64,000 nucleotides of DNA from Phoronis australis (taxonomy: Eukaryota > Animalia > Phoronida), in NCBI GenBank assembly GCA_002633005.1, contig NMRA01000488.1, positions 222,194 through 286,193 on the forward strand. The letters run 5' to 3'. The translations under genes and the position numbers were made by a program. Each line of letters starts with the position of its first letter. Position 1 is the stretch's first letter. Of the stretch, positions 15,201 through 30,200 are shown piece by piece. The notes under the pieces are model-generated. The model worked only from the letters and a program-made list of their open reading frames with translations, searched no databases and had not been told where the DNA came from.

Positions 15201-18200
15201 GCTATGCATTCCAGCAAAATCACTTTGTCACCACGAAAATTAGAGTATAATCTACTTACGCTCCGAAGCTATTCAAAGTCATAAACAGAAAATTAATACA
15301 CTACAAAGTTCAAGAACCCTTTCTTTCGCGGATACAGAGTGCAACTGACTGAAAAACAAGACCTCAATTAAGTGATAAAATATCACAGGTAACTCTGTAT
15401 GTTGCCATAGCAACCTTAGGCAGTTATTGAAATAGAACTTCTATAAGGATGTTTAGTGATCATGTGTCTGGCACTCTTATGACAGGAATTGGATCCACAA
15501 AGAGTAAAAGAAATGCAGTCACGCCACGTTGTAATAATTTCACAGGTCTTGGATATTTCCCCAATCAGGTAACAACAGTGGCATCTTAGCACTTGAAACT
15601 TTCACTAAGTTTTGCTTTGGATTGACCGGTGTATGGCAGCAAAGTTACACCCACTGTAAGTGCCCAATGAAGTCAAAAAGAATGAAGATTGACCAGGTTC
15701 AAAGCCTAAGGTAGCAGTTTTCAATGTGGTTTGAAATTTAAAGCACTACATAAAATCTGGTCAAATTCAAAACAAGTCAACGGATAACTACAGAGCAGAA
15801 CATAACTGAAACAACAGAGCCCCCAGCATCAACTGCAAAGTATTTAAGAATTTGTCATGTATCATTCATTTTGTGTTGATAAGAGTAGTGCAAGATATCA
15901 AAAATCTACCTTTGACTGGACACGTCTTCACAATCGATGTTTCCTGAGACTTCGTTCTGAAATAAAAACGAAGGAGTACACATAAGAAAGCAATTAAGAC
16001 ATTCTCAAAATGCATTTCGCTGACAACGCACTTAATTTGCAAAATGCCGTGTGATTTAAACACAACAGGATAAAGAAATCTTGTATGAAAGGGCCACATT
16101 ACAGGGGAACATTTTATTTGAAGGCGCATTTCATCAATTCATCACACTTTACTTACTCCAAATCGTATTTGGAATGTTTCATTCAATTTTTTAACACAAA
16201 ATTCATAACAACAATTCTACAAATCAGATGTGCAATGGAATACGTGGCAGTGTGAAAAACTGTGTGTCTGATCGGCTTAATTTTTGTTGTATTAGTTTTA
16301 TTTATTTACTTACATGTGGCACCACAGCTCAAGTCAAATGGTAAATTGTTATGTAACAGGGCCTGGACTGAAAATTGTCAAGCTTCTCCGCCAATGAGCA
16401 GTTATTAAAAGCGAAAGGTGAGAGAACAGAGCATATCCGGACCAGCTGACATTTTCGGAATTCGCTCATTACGTCAGACTTCTGGTATAAAGAATTGTTA
16501 TTTTTACTAGTTTAATTATTGTAGAAAATGTTCAAACTGCCTTTATGCCAAATTGACCAAAAATGTCTTCGAAAATAGGCAGCGTTCCCCTTTGATCAGA
16601 TAGTTGTGTCACAGACGTCACACAGTTAGCGTAATAATTCCTTGTTATTGTACATCAAAGGAAATCTTTCAAATACATATGGATGAGAAGAACTTAATGG
16701 TCGATCATTTTACTTCACCCAAGACTTCCACAGACTCGTATTGCTTTACAAATTTCCAGGCAATGTATCAATCTACATTGAAGAACAAGGTACCAAACTC
16801 AAACATTTTTGTGTGTACTCCGATGAAAACACAATGCAAATAGATTAGTTAGTAACTAAATAAATAGTATAAACAGTGTCAGTGAAACATATTCATAGAT
16901 ATTCCTGATTTAGTCAGTGACAGGTGTCGCCCACTTCAAGAACCAGTATGATGCCCGGTATTCAGAGCAAAAACAGATTCTCAAAATGCAAGTGACTTCT
17001 CCCAGCATTCCAATGATCCAGGTAACATCACCCTTAGTCAAAGCCTATTATTACATAAGTGAAGAACTTCTCAAGAGCATTAGGATATTTCAAGATATTA
17101 CAAACTGTTTACTCATCTTATCCCCAGTGTTTGCTTCATGATTATTTTCATAATAAAACATTTATAGAATGCTACGATAAAAATTCTCTAATTCAGGACA
17201 GTCTCTAGCTTTTGGAACATGGAAACTAATGCAAAATTTGAATTATTTTGATTCTGGAATTTGGGACAAGGGCGATTTTGACATTCATCATATTTTCAAA
17301 TGTCAGACAATGTGTTTTTAATCTACAGTGAAATTAATTTTGCCATCTCTCTGGTGATCCTTCAATTTGGGACAGCGAATATTTGCTATTTCTAGAATTT
17401 GGGACAAGCTCCAACTTTGAGCAAAATAATTATTTTTCACTAGAATTTTACTGTACGTTTCTTCCTCGTAGTCCTCTGAGGAAACATAAGTTATTCACCA
17501 ACCTAAAAATAACAAGCTGGCAAAAAATTCTACCCTTTATTACCTAAGTCATTTAATAGCTTTTTATCAGAGCTGAAAAAAGACTATCAGTCCCTCAATT
17601 CAGCTGTTTATATGCATGGATTAGTGATGGTTCCTTGACTTCCTAAATCTGAAAGCCTAAGACATTTCCAACATTCATATTATTTTGTTGTCCATTTGCA
17701 ATTCAAACGAAGATATATTGCAAGGAATTACGATTTTTCACGAACAAATTTCTCGTCAAAAACTACAGCAAACTGGGAAATTTTACATTTTGTATTAGCA
17801 TGAATTATATATTAATACATAATCATGCGACTTAACAACATATGTTTGAGCCTATGTATATTACTCGGTTCCATTTACGTGATGAAAATACTAAGTTAAG
17901 ATCCCTTATAGAACCAAAGAACCATACCATGATGTGGTATGTGTACAGCCATTTTGTCCATATCTCACGGACTTGATTCACCACTGAGTGTGCCCTCTGT
18001 CGTTGCAGAATAAAACAATAAAAACAGTACCGGGATTCTCTAATGGGGGGACTTAGATCTCAATTGCTTCTCGTACTCTGCGCTTCCACTTCTCTGGGTA
18101 TAGACAAGTCTGTGAGATATGGACGAAACGGCTGTACAATTACCACGTCAAGGTACGATTATTTGGTTCCAAAAGGGATCTTAACTTAGTATTTTCATAT

Positions 18201-21200
18201 GCTAAGCGTTTGCTGCGATGCAATCAGACTTTGAAAAGTGAAGATTTTGGTACATATTTTAGCACAACCATACTGTATAACATCCTGTGCGAGTATCGAC
18301 AAGCGCTGTTTTTAATGCATACATCATTTGGTAAAAAGCAAAAAAGTTAAGTTGAGGCTCCCAAAAATTCTACCTTCAGTACATCTTCAAGTACGGGTCA
18401 TAAGTCAAACTTTCGTACTATTGCTAAATATTTTAACTCTTTATTGGGAAAGAGTTACCTCATGCTGCTCTTGTAATTGCTCAACTAAGATTGATAATCA
18501 ATGAAGAATAAATCAAAGTAATAATGCAACCAGCACAAGTGAGGGGTACCCTTGTTAATCAAATACCTTTTACTAATACATTACCATTCACAAATTACAT
18601 CTTGAATTCATCGTGCGGAAACAAAACAGTGCCAAATATGACAGTGAAACTTTTTCTACCACAAAAGAAACGTTTATAACAAACCTGCTTCACTACACTG
18701 GCATCTCTGTGTGTATTCCTGGTAATAGTGACGTTTACAAGTGCATAAAACCCTCGATAAGGTCAATAATTTATATTCAACATATGTCCCGTGATGTACA
18801 AAAAGTGAATCTGCAGATTCATCACCAACTGCAATGACAGACTGTCTCCCAGTGTGTAAGAACTGATGTAGACAATGTCAACACTGGCAGGATAGGTAGT
18901 AAGGTAATATGCGTGTAACATGTGAAGCCTATAAATCAATAAATCGTGCTGTGTCATGTGCAAAATCTAACCATGCATAGACAAAGAAGCCACGTTATCT
19001 GCCATAAGTAGTAAAATCATCTTGCTGAAATCTATATTAAGACTAGAATCATGTTAGCTAGATAAAAATAATTTTGCATTCCACATAACTGAATTAATCT
19101 ACTCACAACTTTCCTACCTTGGTAATGACAACCAATTCAGTCCCTAATAGGATGAGTATTGAACACTACCGTATACTTAAGTTCGCCATCACAAGCAACC
19201 GACAACAGTTACTCCAAGTCAGACGACGGTGTAATAATGTGCCCAGCAGAATTCAACCCAACATCATGCAAGACGCATAATAGAAACAAGTAAAAGACCT
19301 CTTGAAAAATAACCAACCAGATTGAGAATTTTGTCCTTAACTGGCTAACATCAATTGCTGTTAGAAACCTGCATGGGGTCTGTAACAACTAATGTGGGTT
19401 TCCATACGTGGATCTAATGAACCTTATGCAAACTGGGCATCACAAGCACCAAGGGTAATCATGTCCAGCATTAATTTGTTGCACAAAGGCTAACCAGCAC
19501 TAGTGGTCAATTACGCAACATCTCGCCGACAATATTGCTTTCCGTCCACAGAATGACAAGTTGGGTGAAGCCAACTTACTCAGCATGGGTTCTATTACGA
19601 GAAGAGTGACTTAAGACTTAAGTATGTTTCTCACGTGACCTGGAATGTGTTACGACATTACTGGTTAGTAACGCAGAGTATGAAATTTTTTGATATTACA
19701 TGGGTGAATCACAAAGTAGTGCAAAGTAGAAATCCATACGCCTTACATTTTATCACGTGCAAAACACTAATACCAACATCCAAACATGCGCCAACTGAAC
19801 AATGCAGGAATTTCATCAATGTGACAAGGTTATGATTGATAAATCGATTGTCGCAAATGAACATACTCCCAGTTGAACGGACATGCAAACAAATTCTTAA
19901 ATGGACCAATCTTTGACACCGAATTCCATATCCACATTCATTTAAACGGAGATGAACCCCAATTCAAAAGAAATGCGCTGAGACTGTCCAGCTGTGCTGT
20001 CTCAAGGTCAATTCTGTGATCACGTGCAGGGAAGCCTTTGCTGACTGTTATTTATAAACAATTTCAACTTCAAAGACTTAGATTCTAACTTGAACACTTG
20101 CTACCAAGGCTGAATGCAATTTACAATAATTGTTAAGTTTGAAATAAAACTATTAACTAAAAGTAACTTTGTTTACTTTACATGGCACAAGTATGTTTTT
20201 ACAAAAGTTGTGTCACGCGGTTAAAGTTTTATACAACTCGAGTTTTTCGGCAAAAAATATCGTGTTTACGGCTCATGTGAAAAAACAAATCCCACACTTG
20301 TCTCGGGTTTATGACATGAGCAAGACCTCTTGGGAAATTTTGTCAAAATCCCTCGCCAAGTCTCAGTATTTTGACGAAATTTCCAAGAGGTTTTGCTCAC
20401 AATTCTTTATGTATTTTACATATCACGAAACTGCTAAACATATTGACGGCATGAGCAAATGTGCCTATATAAATTGTTTGTTAAAGTACTTTGGCCAGGC
20501 TGCTTTCATACAAACAAATGTAATAAAACTTTTAAGTATATATGTTAGTTTGTATCACAGTTAGAAAATTTGTCTTACACCCACACAACTCTTTCTGTAA
20601 AATAATTGAAGTCCCAAGTCTCTGAGAATAATTGCTAGTTACTAGGATAATTTCCTTAAATGTTTCCAGACTGTACCACCCTGGTAATTGCTCGGCGAAA
20701 TCACTTTTCCACAATAGTGAAGAGGAAACACAAGAACAACTTTCTGTCTTAGGAGGTCACTTTCATAAAAAAGGTCCCTGGTCTCAAATACAACTCACCG
20801 ATTTTCGCTCTTGTCTGCCAAACACTCACTGAAATCGAGGCCTACCAGTTTAATGTTTTTAAAACACTCTGCCATTTACTTGGCGGGATTTAGCTATGGC
20901 AGTAGGGCACTTAACCACAACCACATGGGTTGCAGGTTCGATTCCGCACCGAGACCGATCTCAAAAAATCACTTTTCTCACCAAAAATGTCTATTATACA
21001 TTTTCTCTTGACAGAAGGTAGGTTTATAATACCTTGTTTGATTTCACATAAAACAATGAATAGCGTTGCAGCAGATATGAATTCGACAAGAAAAATCCAT
21101 AGTAATTGTGTACCCAACAACAGAATAATGTAAAATTAGAAAAAAAATCAATGTTGCATAATTAGTTGAATTGCGCAATCAATGCCTTCAAACTTTAAAG

Positions 21201-24200
21201 TATATGACAACATGTCAGTCTATGAATTTGTTGCTAATACCCGTCTCACAACAATGAAACAGGTTTGCAGCTTAAAAGCAAAATAACACACAACATAAAA
21301 TTGGGTAATGGCTTTGTTTTTTCAAAGATTTAAGATGACATTGGTATAGTAAGAGGATAAGACGACCAATGCAACATGCCGGAGAATTATTACATTTAAA
21401 AGGGGACTGTAGTCAAAATAATGTTGCGATTAATCGGTTCTAACATACAAATAAAACTCACATTTGCCTGACTTGCGAGCCAAACAAAAGCCAATTCGTA
21501 TTCATGGTCAAAACACTAAATCCTGAAAGCGATCGTTGATTGGCTGATGTGTCAGTGACGTGAATGGCGGGGTATCGGCTGCTTTACACATTCATTGCTT
21601 ATGTCATATTTGAAGAGTTTACATCGTAATTTATCATTGTATCAATCGTCCTTAATTTTTATTGTTTGCCACAGTGCTGTAAAAGGTTCGCTATGCCTTG
21701 TTGTATGGCTGTATGACACCGGGTTGCTCAAACTCTTCGAAAAAGGTGTCTTCTAAAGGGATGGTAATCCCATACCATCGCCGGGTTACCCAAGCCTTGG
21801 CCCAAGCTGTATACTAAATATAGGCCTACAGGTTTGAGTCGATATGGGTAAAAAATTGACAAATAAATCCTGACTAAAAATTAATGCCATTAAAACTAAT
21901 CTCATCCATGAGTAAACCTATTAACCAGGTTCCTAGAGTAAACTAACTTTAGTATTCACCGGTGTTGGAAAAGTTAGCGATCGTTCATCGGCTGCTGCTA
22001 AAATTATGTGTTCTCTTGAGTCGGCTTTTTGCGGTTATGTCACCTGACCTTTACCAGTTTCTTTTCCACCCGATTCTTTTATTAAGTGTTCGTCGTTGCC
22101 AGTACCTAGGTTGCATACAAGTTACTTGTTTCATTTTGTTACAAGTTTTTAGTATTTTTTTACCAGCAAACCGAATTTCAGAACAATCTTGGTGCTGCGA
22201 AGCTGTCATCATGTCCGGGCAAGACGCCTCAAATTTTAGGAAATGGCGCGTGCGCCATGTCACGAGCGTGCTGTTTTTGAACCGGACGACACTTCTTTGT
22301 TACAAAAGGCGGCAAATTGTGCCGCTACCAGATGACGTTTATTTGATTGTTTCCCACTTAAACGGCTGCAACGAACAATGTGAGTGTCGGTGTATACCAG
22401 ATTTTTCATGCACCCTCGCTGGTACGTTAGCTTTATATGTTGATGTAGCCTAAGTTTTACGACGAGGTAACAAGCATAAGTCAACTATACCCGGGTAGTC
22501 AACAGCTATCTGAAATTTCGAGGTTAACAGAGCTCAACACACAGTGGTACGATAGTCTTCATACAGCTATAGTCGGTAGCTTACCAACCTTTCGAGTTTA
22601 CAGAGTTGAGAATTGGCTAGCAGGTGGCTGACTGGCTGACTAGAGTCCACATTGCCCACGGCACAGTCACACCAGTGTAAATTTGATACGGACTGGTTGC
22701 ACCAGAAAATTTTCATCTAACGATGACGATGACTGGGTATCACTTTGTGTTGCCTCGGCTCAAACAGGTATACCTGGTGACCCGACATTTCACATTAAAA
22801 TTTGTTATTCCGACAATATGAAAAATGCAACTTGACAGCACGCTAACACAGGACAGTGACTTTGCCCTCGCTAAATACGTCACGAGACGCAGCGCTCCAA
22901 GCCGGTAATTTTTTTGAGCTTCGTTAGAGAATATAACTTTACTTTTTGTTGTTGAATTATTCGTGAAATTAATCAACAATTCATAGAAAACTATCCAGAA
23001 TTTGTTCAGAATAAAATACAGTACCCTTTTAAAGCCTCGAAACACTTAAATTCAATTTTCAATCTTGAATTAGAACATTTTGTAACTTACTAATAGATTG
23101 AAATTCTTAGAATTTATTCACTTACTGTTTCTACGCTCTACACTAGGCAATGTTATTAAATCGTGTGTAGCAACTTTCAGGTTATCTCAAACCTTATTTT
23201 GTGACATGCATTCTAACTCGTATATCAAAAAAACCAGCCTATGTCATCTAGTAAAGGTATATATTTTCTGAAAGAAAGAAGTTCAGAAATCATAAAAATA
23301 TGTTTTATATTGATGTGCCATTACTATGATTAAATTAACACCTTTTTTAAGTCAAAACTTCATTTTTAAGAAAAGTACATCCATAGCAAAATAACTCCTT
23401 GGTCGATTTTGATGGAACCCTTTAAATGTAAACTTCACGATTTACCTCAAAAATGCTGTTAGGAATTTTCGATGACTCATTTAGGTATGTTTCTATGCCA
23501 AATTACTCGCAAAATGTAAAATAGTATTTTTGTAAAACCTAGCAGTCATATTCATCTGTCTTACAGCATGCAAAATCCAGGTATTTAAAAGGAAAATCTT
23601 AACAATGTTTTTGAGATGAATAAGTATTAAAATTAGAAAGTATCAGTGAAATTTACCATGCCATTCTCGAGAACTCGTGTTCCCAAGTTCAAATTAAGTA
23701 GATTTTGCTAGATATATATGAAATATTGCGAAAACGGTCAAATTTTGTGAATAAGGTTCAAGATATCCTTAAAAACCTTTGCAAGAAAAATTTCACATTT
23801 GAATGTTTATCAAGCACATGACCTGGTTCCTTATTGTGAGAAGGCTACATCGAAATGAATCATGACCTTTGACCCAGGTAAAAATATACTCAAAGCCACA
23901 TGTCCTTACACTTAATCACAATAATCGCGGAAAAATTATAATCATAGTTTGACACCTTATCAATCAAATGTTAATGGCATAAACATGTTTGTGGGAAAAA
24001 ATCAAAACTGTGGAAACTTGTAAAACCTCGTCTATTTTCAATTCCAAACAACTCAAAACTTGCAAAAATGGCAAGAAACAGGGATTCAACAACTTTAAAA
24101 CTATCATGCTCTCAAGGTCCAAAATTTATTATCCAGTCTGTAACACACCTGACAATGTTCTGTGTTGTATATGTTATACTTGGGGCCTATGGCCCTATGT

Positions 24201-27200
24201 ATATTTCAATAAATCACTACAAAAACGATTCATGATTTTGGTTTGCCAGCACTAATTGGTCTTGTGCACAGATTTTTTTTGCAAATAACATTGTGCATGA
24301 ATGACGTAAATCACAGACCTCAATGGCTTTGTGTCATGCAATGCGTGATTTTACTATTAATCGCCCAATTAAACATGACGTCACGGCGACAGCAATTGCT
24401 CACAGAATCCCATCAGTATGACCAGATGTGACTTAGAATTAGATCTGTCCTTGTTTACTCAATTTCACAAGCAATTGCTACAGTTTGTGGAATTCCGACT
24501 ATGCGATGAAACCGAATTTTGAATGCCTTTGAATAAAATGAATTTCGAAAGACGTTTCCAACAATGCAATTTTTTTCTCAGATGTAACTAGTAGTTCTAA
24601 AACCTCACCAATTTCTGAGAAAAGCAACATGACTAAATCTGATTTGTTTTCATTTTTCAAAGGCATCTAACATTGCTATGAAAGATCAGAGTTTCTCAAA
24701 ATGTCTGACAACCTACAGCACAAGTCAAAAGTATTCAGACAAAATAATCCGGAATCCTCCCCCCCCCCCATCAAGTCATTAACAGAGCAGTCTTCCCTCA
24801 TGACCAAGAATGAAGGGTAATTTACAGGAAATTTAGAAAAGGAGACTAAACACTTAGCCACTTTGTAGTTAAGAATTTTGCCACAATGATTCATCACCAC
24901 TAATTTTTGATCTTACAGAGAATTACATTCCAAGCCATGATGGCTAGAAGCCAGGTTCAATGTTATAGTAATCTCCTCTGATGACCGAGAATGAAGAGAA
25001 ATTAACAGTAAAGTTAATAACATGGCTAAGCCACTCTGTAATTAAAAATTTGACGCCCTAACAGCATTACCAGTCTTTTTAGCTGTCAACAAAATAATCC
25101 ATCTAACATGGAAACAGTACTTTGTCTGATTATGTTTGTCTTGTACTTTTTGGTGAAGGACATCAGATAGATAAGGCATTTAAATATTTAGTGCTTGTTA
25201 TTTTTAAAGAAAAAAATACAAAATTTCAGTTGCACACCACCATATTGCGTCCTAAAATGGTGACATTTTACCATATTTTTATTGCTATTTTGCAATACTT
25301 TTTGGACAGCTAGTTCACAATAATGCTCAAAAATGACAGAACCATTAACCAAAATATGTCACACTTAAAATGCTGTTTTTGAATTCTAAACATTAAATCA
25401 GTACTGACTCGCATATACCTTAGAAAAACGGAATCTTATATTGTGACAGCCTGTCCAAGTAATCTGTGAACAAACAATCATTACGTGCAAACACATAGAG
25501 AGTGAGTGCACGCATGCAAGCATGTTTACTGCGCATGCAAGTGTGTTTACTGCCGAACTAAGCTTAATGTTCTCTTAAGTGAATCACACACATCCACAGA
25601 CTAACCCCCGACTGTGTCAAGCTCCTCGCTACAAAAATGATGCTTAAATAATAGTTTTGTAATGCAGTCATTTTCTTGGATTTAATGTTTTCAATTGACC
25701 ACTACCATGATGCAGAAATCTGTTATAAGCTTTGTCCACGTTTGGTTCATACAATGATTAAGCCTGGACAGAATATGTGTGATTAGGTAGTCTTACATCT
25801 ATGCTGAAACATTAACTAAACTTCTTATATCAATGGAAGCTGAGTTTCCAGTATAAGCCTATTGTCAAAGGCAGTTTTTAGTTATTGTTGTCATTGTACT
25901 TTTAGTTGAATAAACAAATGGCACTCTCTAATAAAGGTGATGACCAAAGAATGTCTGAAATCAATAAACTCTGCACGTTTCTAAACGAAGATTTGAGATG
26001 ATTATACCAGAATCTTAAAAACACCACTGACATAAGACAAACCATACAATCATAAAAGCAAAGAAAACTTAAATCCCTGGTGTCACTCGCAGAAACTACT
26101 CTATGCAGTCATAACACAGTAAAAGATACTTTAACAAGAAAACAAAAACCTAAACAGCAACAAAATACTTGAAACCACAATATGTATTTGCACGACCTTT
26201 TAAACTTCAAAACAAAGACAGGTTCCGAGTAGTATGAACGACAAATTAATCAAAGCCCATGTTAATAATGACTAGTGTTCAATGTCTTCTAAAGCTGAAC
26301 ACAAATAATTCCCAAATAAGACATGACTTCTCTTCAAAATGTTGTGTTGAACTTACACTCGGGTAGATCAACTTGCAAGATCAATGCCGTTGACAATCTT
26401 TTTAAAAAACCACCACCAAAGTTTTGATAGGTGTTCATACCTGACAAGTCTGAAGGCTGGCAACCCTCTCCTGAATGAGTTTTAATCTGAAAGATCAAAC
26501 AAGCAAATGTGTACGGTGAACAAACAAGTGATAAGATAACTCCTTGTCAGGTACTCTAACTGGCAGTGTATTACAAGCAGTGAAACAACGGCAGACAACA
26601 GAACTACACTGACCGAGCCAGTGGTAAATCGCCTACTAATTAGTGCAGTAATGCTAGCTGTAAAATACACGTGCAGGAGGTGTATTGATCCTTATAGACA
26701 GTGAGAGCGAAGAAAGGAAATTGATTATTTATTTCAAAGCAGAGAAAACATTTAAAAATCTGTAATTAATGACAGTTTCTTTACTTTGGGGGCCTGAAAC
26801 CCGACACAAAAAACGAGTTTCGGAAATTTTTGTTTGAGAGACGGGCATTTTTACTTAATGAGATAATTTTCATGATCTTGAAGACATTCATTTGCACTTT
26901 TACTGAATAAATATTCCTACATTTTAGATCGTTAGTTTGCTAATTCTTCACCCATTGAGCAGACTGTGTGGTAGACAAGTGAAATTATATACAATAAAAT
27001 CTCACCAATTCAAAACGCAATTTTTGCAACAAATTTTATGTTTAGGGAAGTTGTAGACATGCACAATGTTAGACACGTTTGAAAAATGAAAAAAGATTAA
27101 TTTTTCCAATTATTTTGTTCGTAATTGGATAAATTTTATTGTATTCCAATTTCTCATAATATTCTTAACGCAGAAAAACAATAAGTCTTAGAGTCATCAT

Positions 27201-30200
27201 CTATGTAGACCTACCTAATTCTGTTGCCAGCTGGCGTATTGGCTGGAGGCTGGTAGCCTGGCAACAACGCTGAGACATTAAAATTGGCATTCTTCAAATC
27301 AAAGCCTGTTGAAATAACAAAATAAACTACATTTAAGTTTTGCACACCACTGCAGCACTAATGTTATCAACGCAGTGAGTTTACTTCAAATTTACTCTAC
27401 TTGACAAAAATATGACACCAATGAATAAAAAACACAAAATTTCCCCAAAGCCAATTGACGAAAAGAACTAATCAAAGCTCCAGATCACCAGGATATTGAA
27501 AATGCTACGATCATCCTCCATGACAGCCGACGAAATTCATTGCTGCAGAAAGATGGTTTTCCTATGAGCTACAGACACGGTGCAACGATTTATGGCAAAC
27601 GAACAACGAAAAGGATTTGCGAGATAAAAATCATGTTGTCGCCCTAATGATCAGTTGAGAGATATAGTTCGTAAGAAACAAGCCCTAAAGCAAAATGAAG
27701 TCAATTCACCTTCCTAAAGTGTCACAAATATTTTAGTGTCCGGTGTGTTAGATTAACAAACAAATATACGAAACATTTACAAGTTACATCAAGTGTGACT
27801 AAGAGAAATGTGACAACATCGACAAGACTCATGCATTTTAATTCCCATGATGCACCACACAACCAGCGGACACTAACAAAACTTTACACTGTCTAATCAC
27901 TTTAAGACATTTTTTGTAATATTATTGTCATTGGTGCTATGGAATAGTTTACCAGCTCATCTGAAATATCACAGAAATAAAGTAATGTTCGAACCCCAAG
28001 AGCTAGCTGTTTCAATCCGAGTCAAGCTCACCCGACACGACTGGGTTCATTGTAATCAATGAATTCGCTGAAAGGCTTGGAATCGTGGAGATATTACTAT
28101 GCTGGGCACTTAATTTTTTCAACAGGGCACTTTATGATTGTGCGTTTGCATACCGCAAACAGTTTCAGCACAAAATCATGCGGAATACATTAGAAAGAAT
28201 CTGTTGTTTTAGTACGCCGGGGTGCAGGGGACTTCCGTCACAGGTTCTATCCATTTGTGGGACTTAGCAACAGTAACAGTGTAGATTGTGGCCTAAATCA
28301 GTTTGCGCAAAAACCTGGTTTAATTTATCTCACTAAATATAGCATTTTCATAGCACAGTTGCTGCTATCAGTTGCTTTATTAATAAAGACACTACCAAAT
28401 TTAATGAAAATAGGGTTCTTATCTGATAGTAGGCGATGGCTGATTGACATCAAAATCGTGCAGAATATCTCAAAATGACAGAATCAATTCTGACGATTAA
28501 CTCACAAACGTACAAAGAATGAATGCCACACATTTCAAATCAAGTCTTTAGACACCCAAAGAATATCAGCAAACCTTGGCTAACATCATTTCTAAATAAG
28601 AAGACATACCTTGGCCAATTAATTGCACTAGATGAGAAAATATGGCAAATTCTGGCATCCGTAATCTCTGGTCAGCTTTTGTGGCAGACAATCGCCATAG
28701 ACGCTGTAACTTGTCTTGGGGAACGTTGAAAGAATTTAAGATTCCCAAAAAATTAGCACCTGAAAGGGGAGAGACTAGTGCAACTAGAGACACCTATTGG
28801 AAGAAACAACAACACATCTGTGTAACAACCAACAGAGACAGCCAGCATATCTAAAAATCCAGTCAACAATTTTCCAACAGAAACCTAAAGAGAACTTTGT
28901 TATGATGTCTGGTGAAACATGTTTTTTCTATGGTTTTTACAAAACAACTCTACATTTACAACAATAACTAACATTTCATAACAAAAAAACAAAAATGAAT
29001 GTGGTATATATGCCTGATCTGTTGCTGAAATCTGACCAAAGTTTTATTTTGTGATCACACAGTTGAGAAGCTGTAACAACAAACTGCAGTATCTATCAAC
29101 TTAGAGGAGGAGTTTACATAAATTATATAGTCATTTTGTACCCTTGAAAAATACAACTAAAATCTTAAAAACATTACACAATAATTAGGAAAACTAACAT
29201 CCAAACACAGAAGTTCCCAATATCAACGGCTTTGATATGTTTCCATAGTTACCTTCATTGCACAATTTCTTGAATGCTTCTTTGAACTCAGTCAAACTGG
29301 CCTTGCATATAACTGGCACATCTACATTCCTGACATCTGGTGGAAGGCTGTGAGGCAGTGACTGGGGTAATTTTCTCCCCTGTACTTTGCCACAACATAG
29401 GTGAGCAGCCGACATAAATTCCCTGACATCCAAAAGGTTATCCAAGGTCTCATCGGCAAGATTCCTGTAAAAAAACATGAAAATACTAATAAAGGCATAG
29501 ACATGGATTTTTCCATGCTTTATAAACATTTAAGTTCATAAAACTTGTAACGAAATTAAAAGCGCATGCCATCGCTTTTATTGCCCCGTCAGTACAAGCT
29601 GCTGATACAAGACACACCATAAGTTGAAGACAATCTCATATGCAAGTCATATTGATGAATGCGTGACACTCTTTGGCCAAGACAGGGTCTTTAGATAATT
29701 CAAAAGGGAACACAGCAGGAATGTAGCTCCTTATACCATAGCCCCCATAGACAAACATCGACTCACCAGAGTTGTTTGTTCATGATGTCAGATGGCATAA
29801 ATCTACTACCTTGTCCATTTGTGGAAGGTGTTACTAGTGAGCTAACAGATTAGCCTGAGAAAGTTTGTCCATCATGTATGAGACTTTTCAAATCATAATT
29901 TGAGGCTGCGTAGCCGGGATCCTACCTCTTCAAAATAATATTGAAAATGCCTAATCTATGCAACAAATTCTTGAAAAGTTTGTGACTTTCCTCCAGCAAC
30001 ACATGCACAGAATGACTTCTTAACACTTCCACAATAACACTGGAGCAAGTTTACCGTGTGGACGTACACCTGAACCGCGGCAAATTGACCCTTGAGAGAA
30101 TTACTTGCACTGGGGCAACTGCTAACAGGACATGGTAACAGTTATTGTGTAAACATGACATTCTAAAAATTCTCCAATTTGGGAACATCTCTACTGGGAC

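Noticed and set aside
20882-20955. Functional tRNA gene
   Set aside because: A and B boxes are present, but acceptor and anticodon stems do not pair convincingly; a related head elsewhere points to a SINE.
21962-22453. 163-aa ORF
   Set aside because: Lies inside the foldback repeat arm, has no recognisable domain, and is not preserved as a comparable ORF in the 47.5-49 kb copies.
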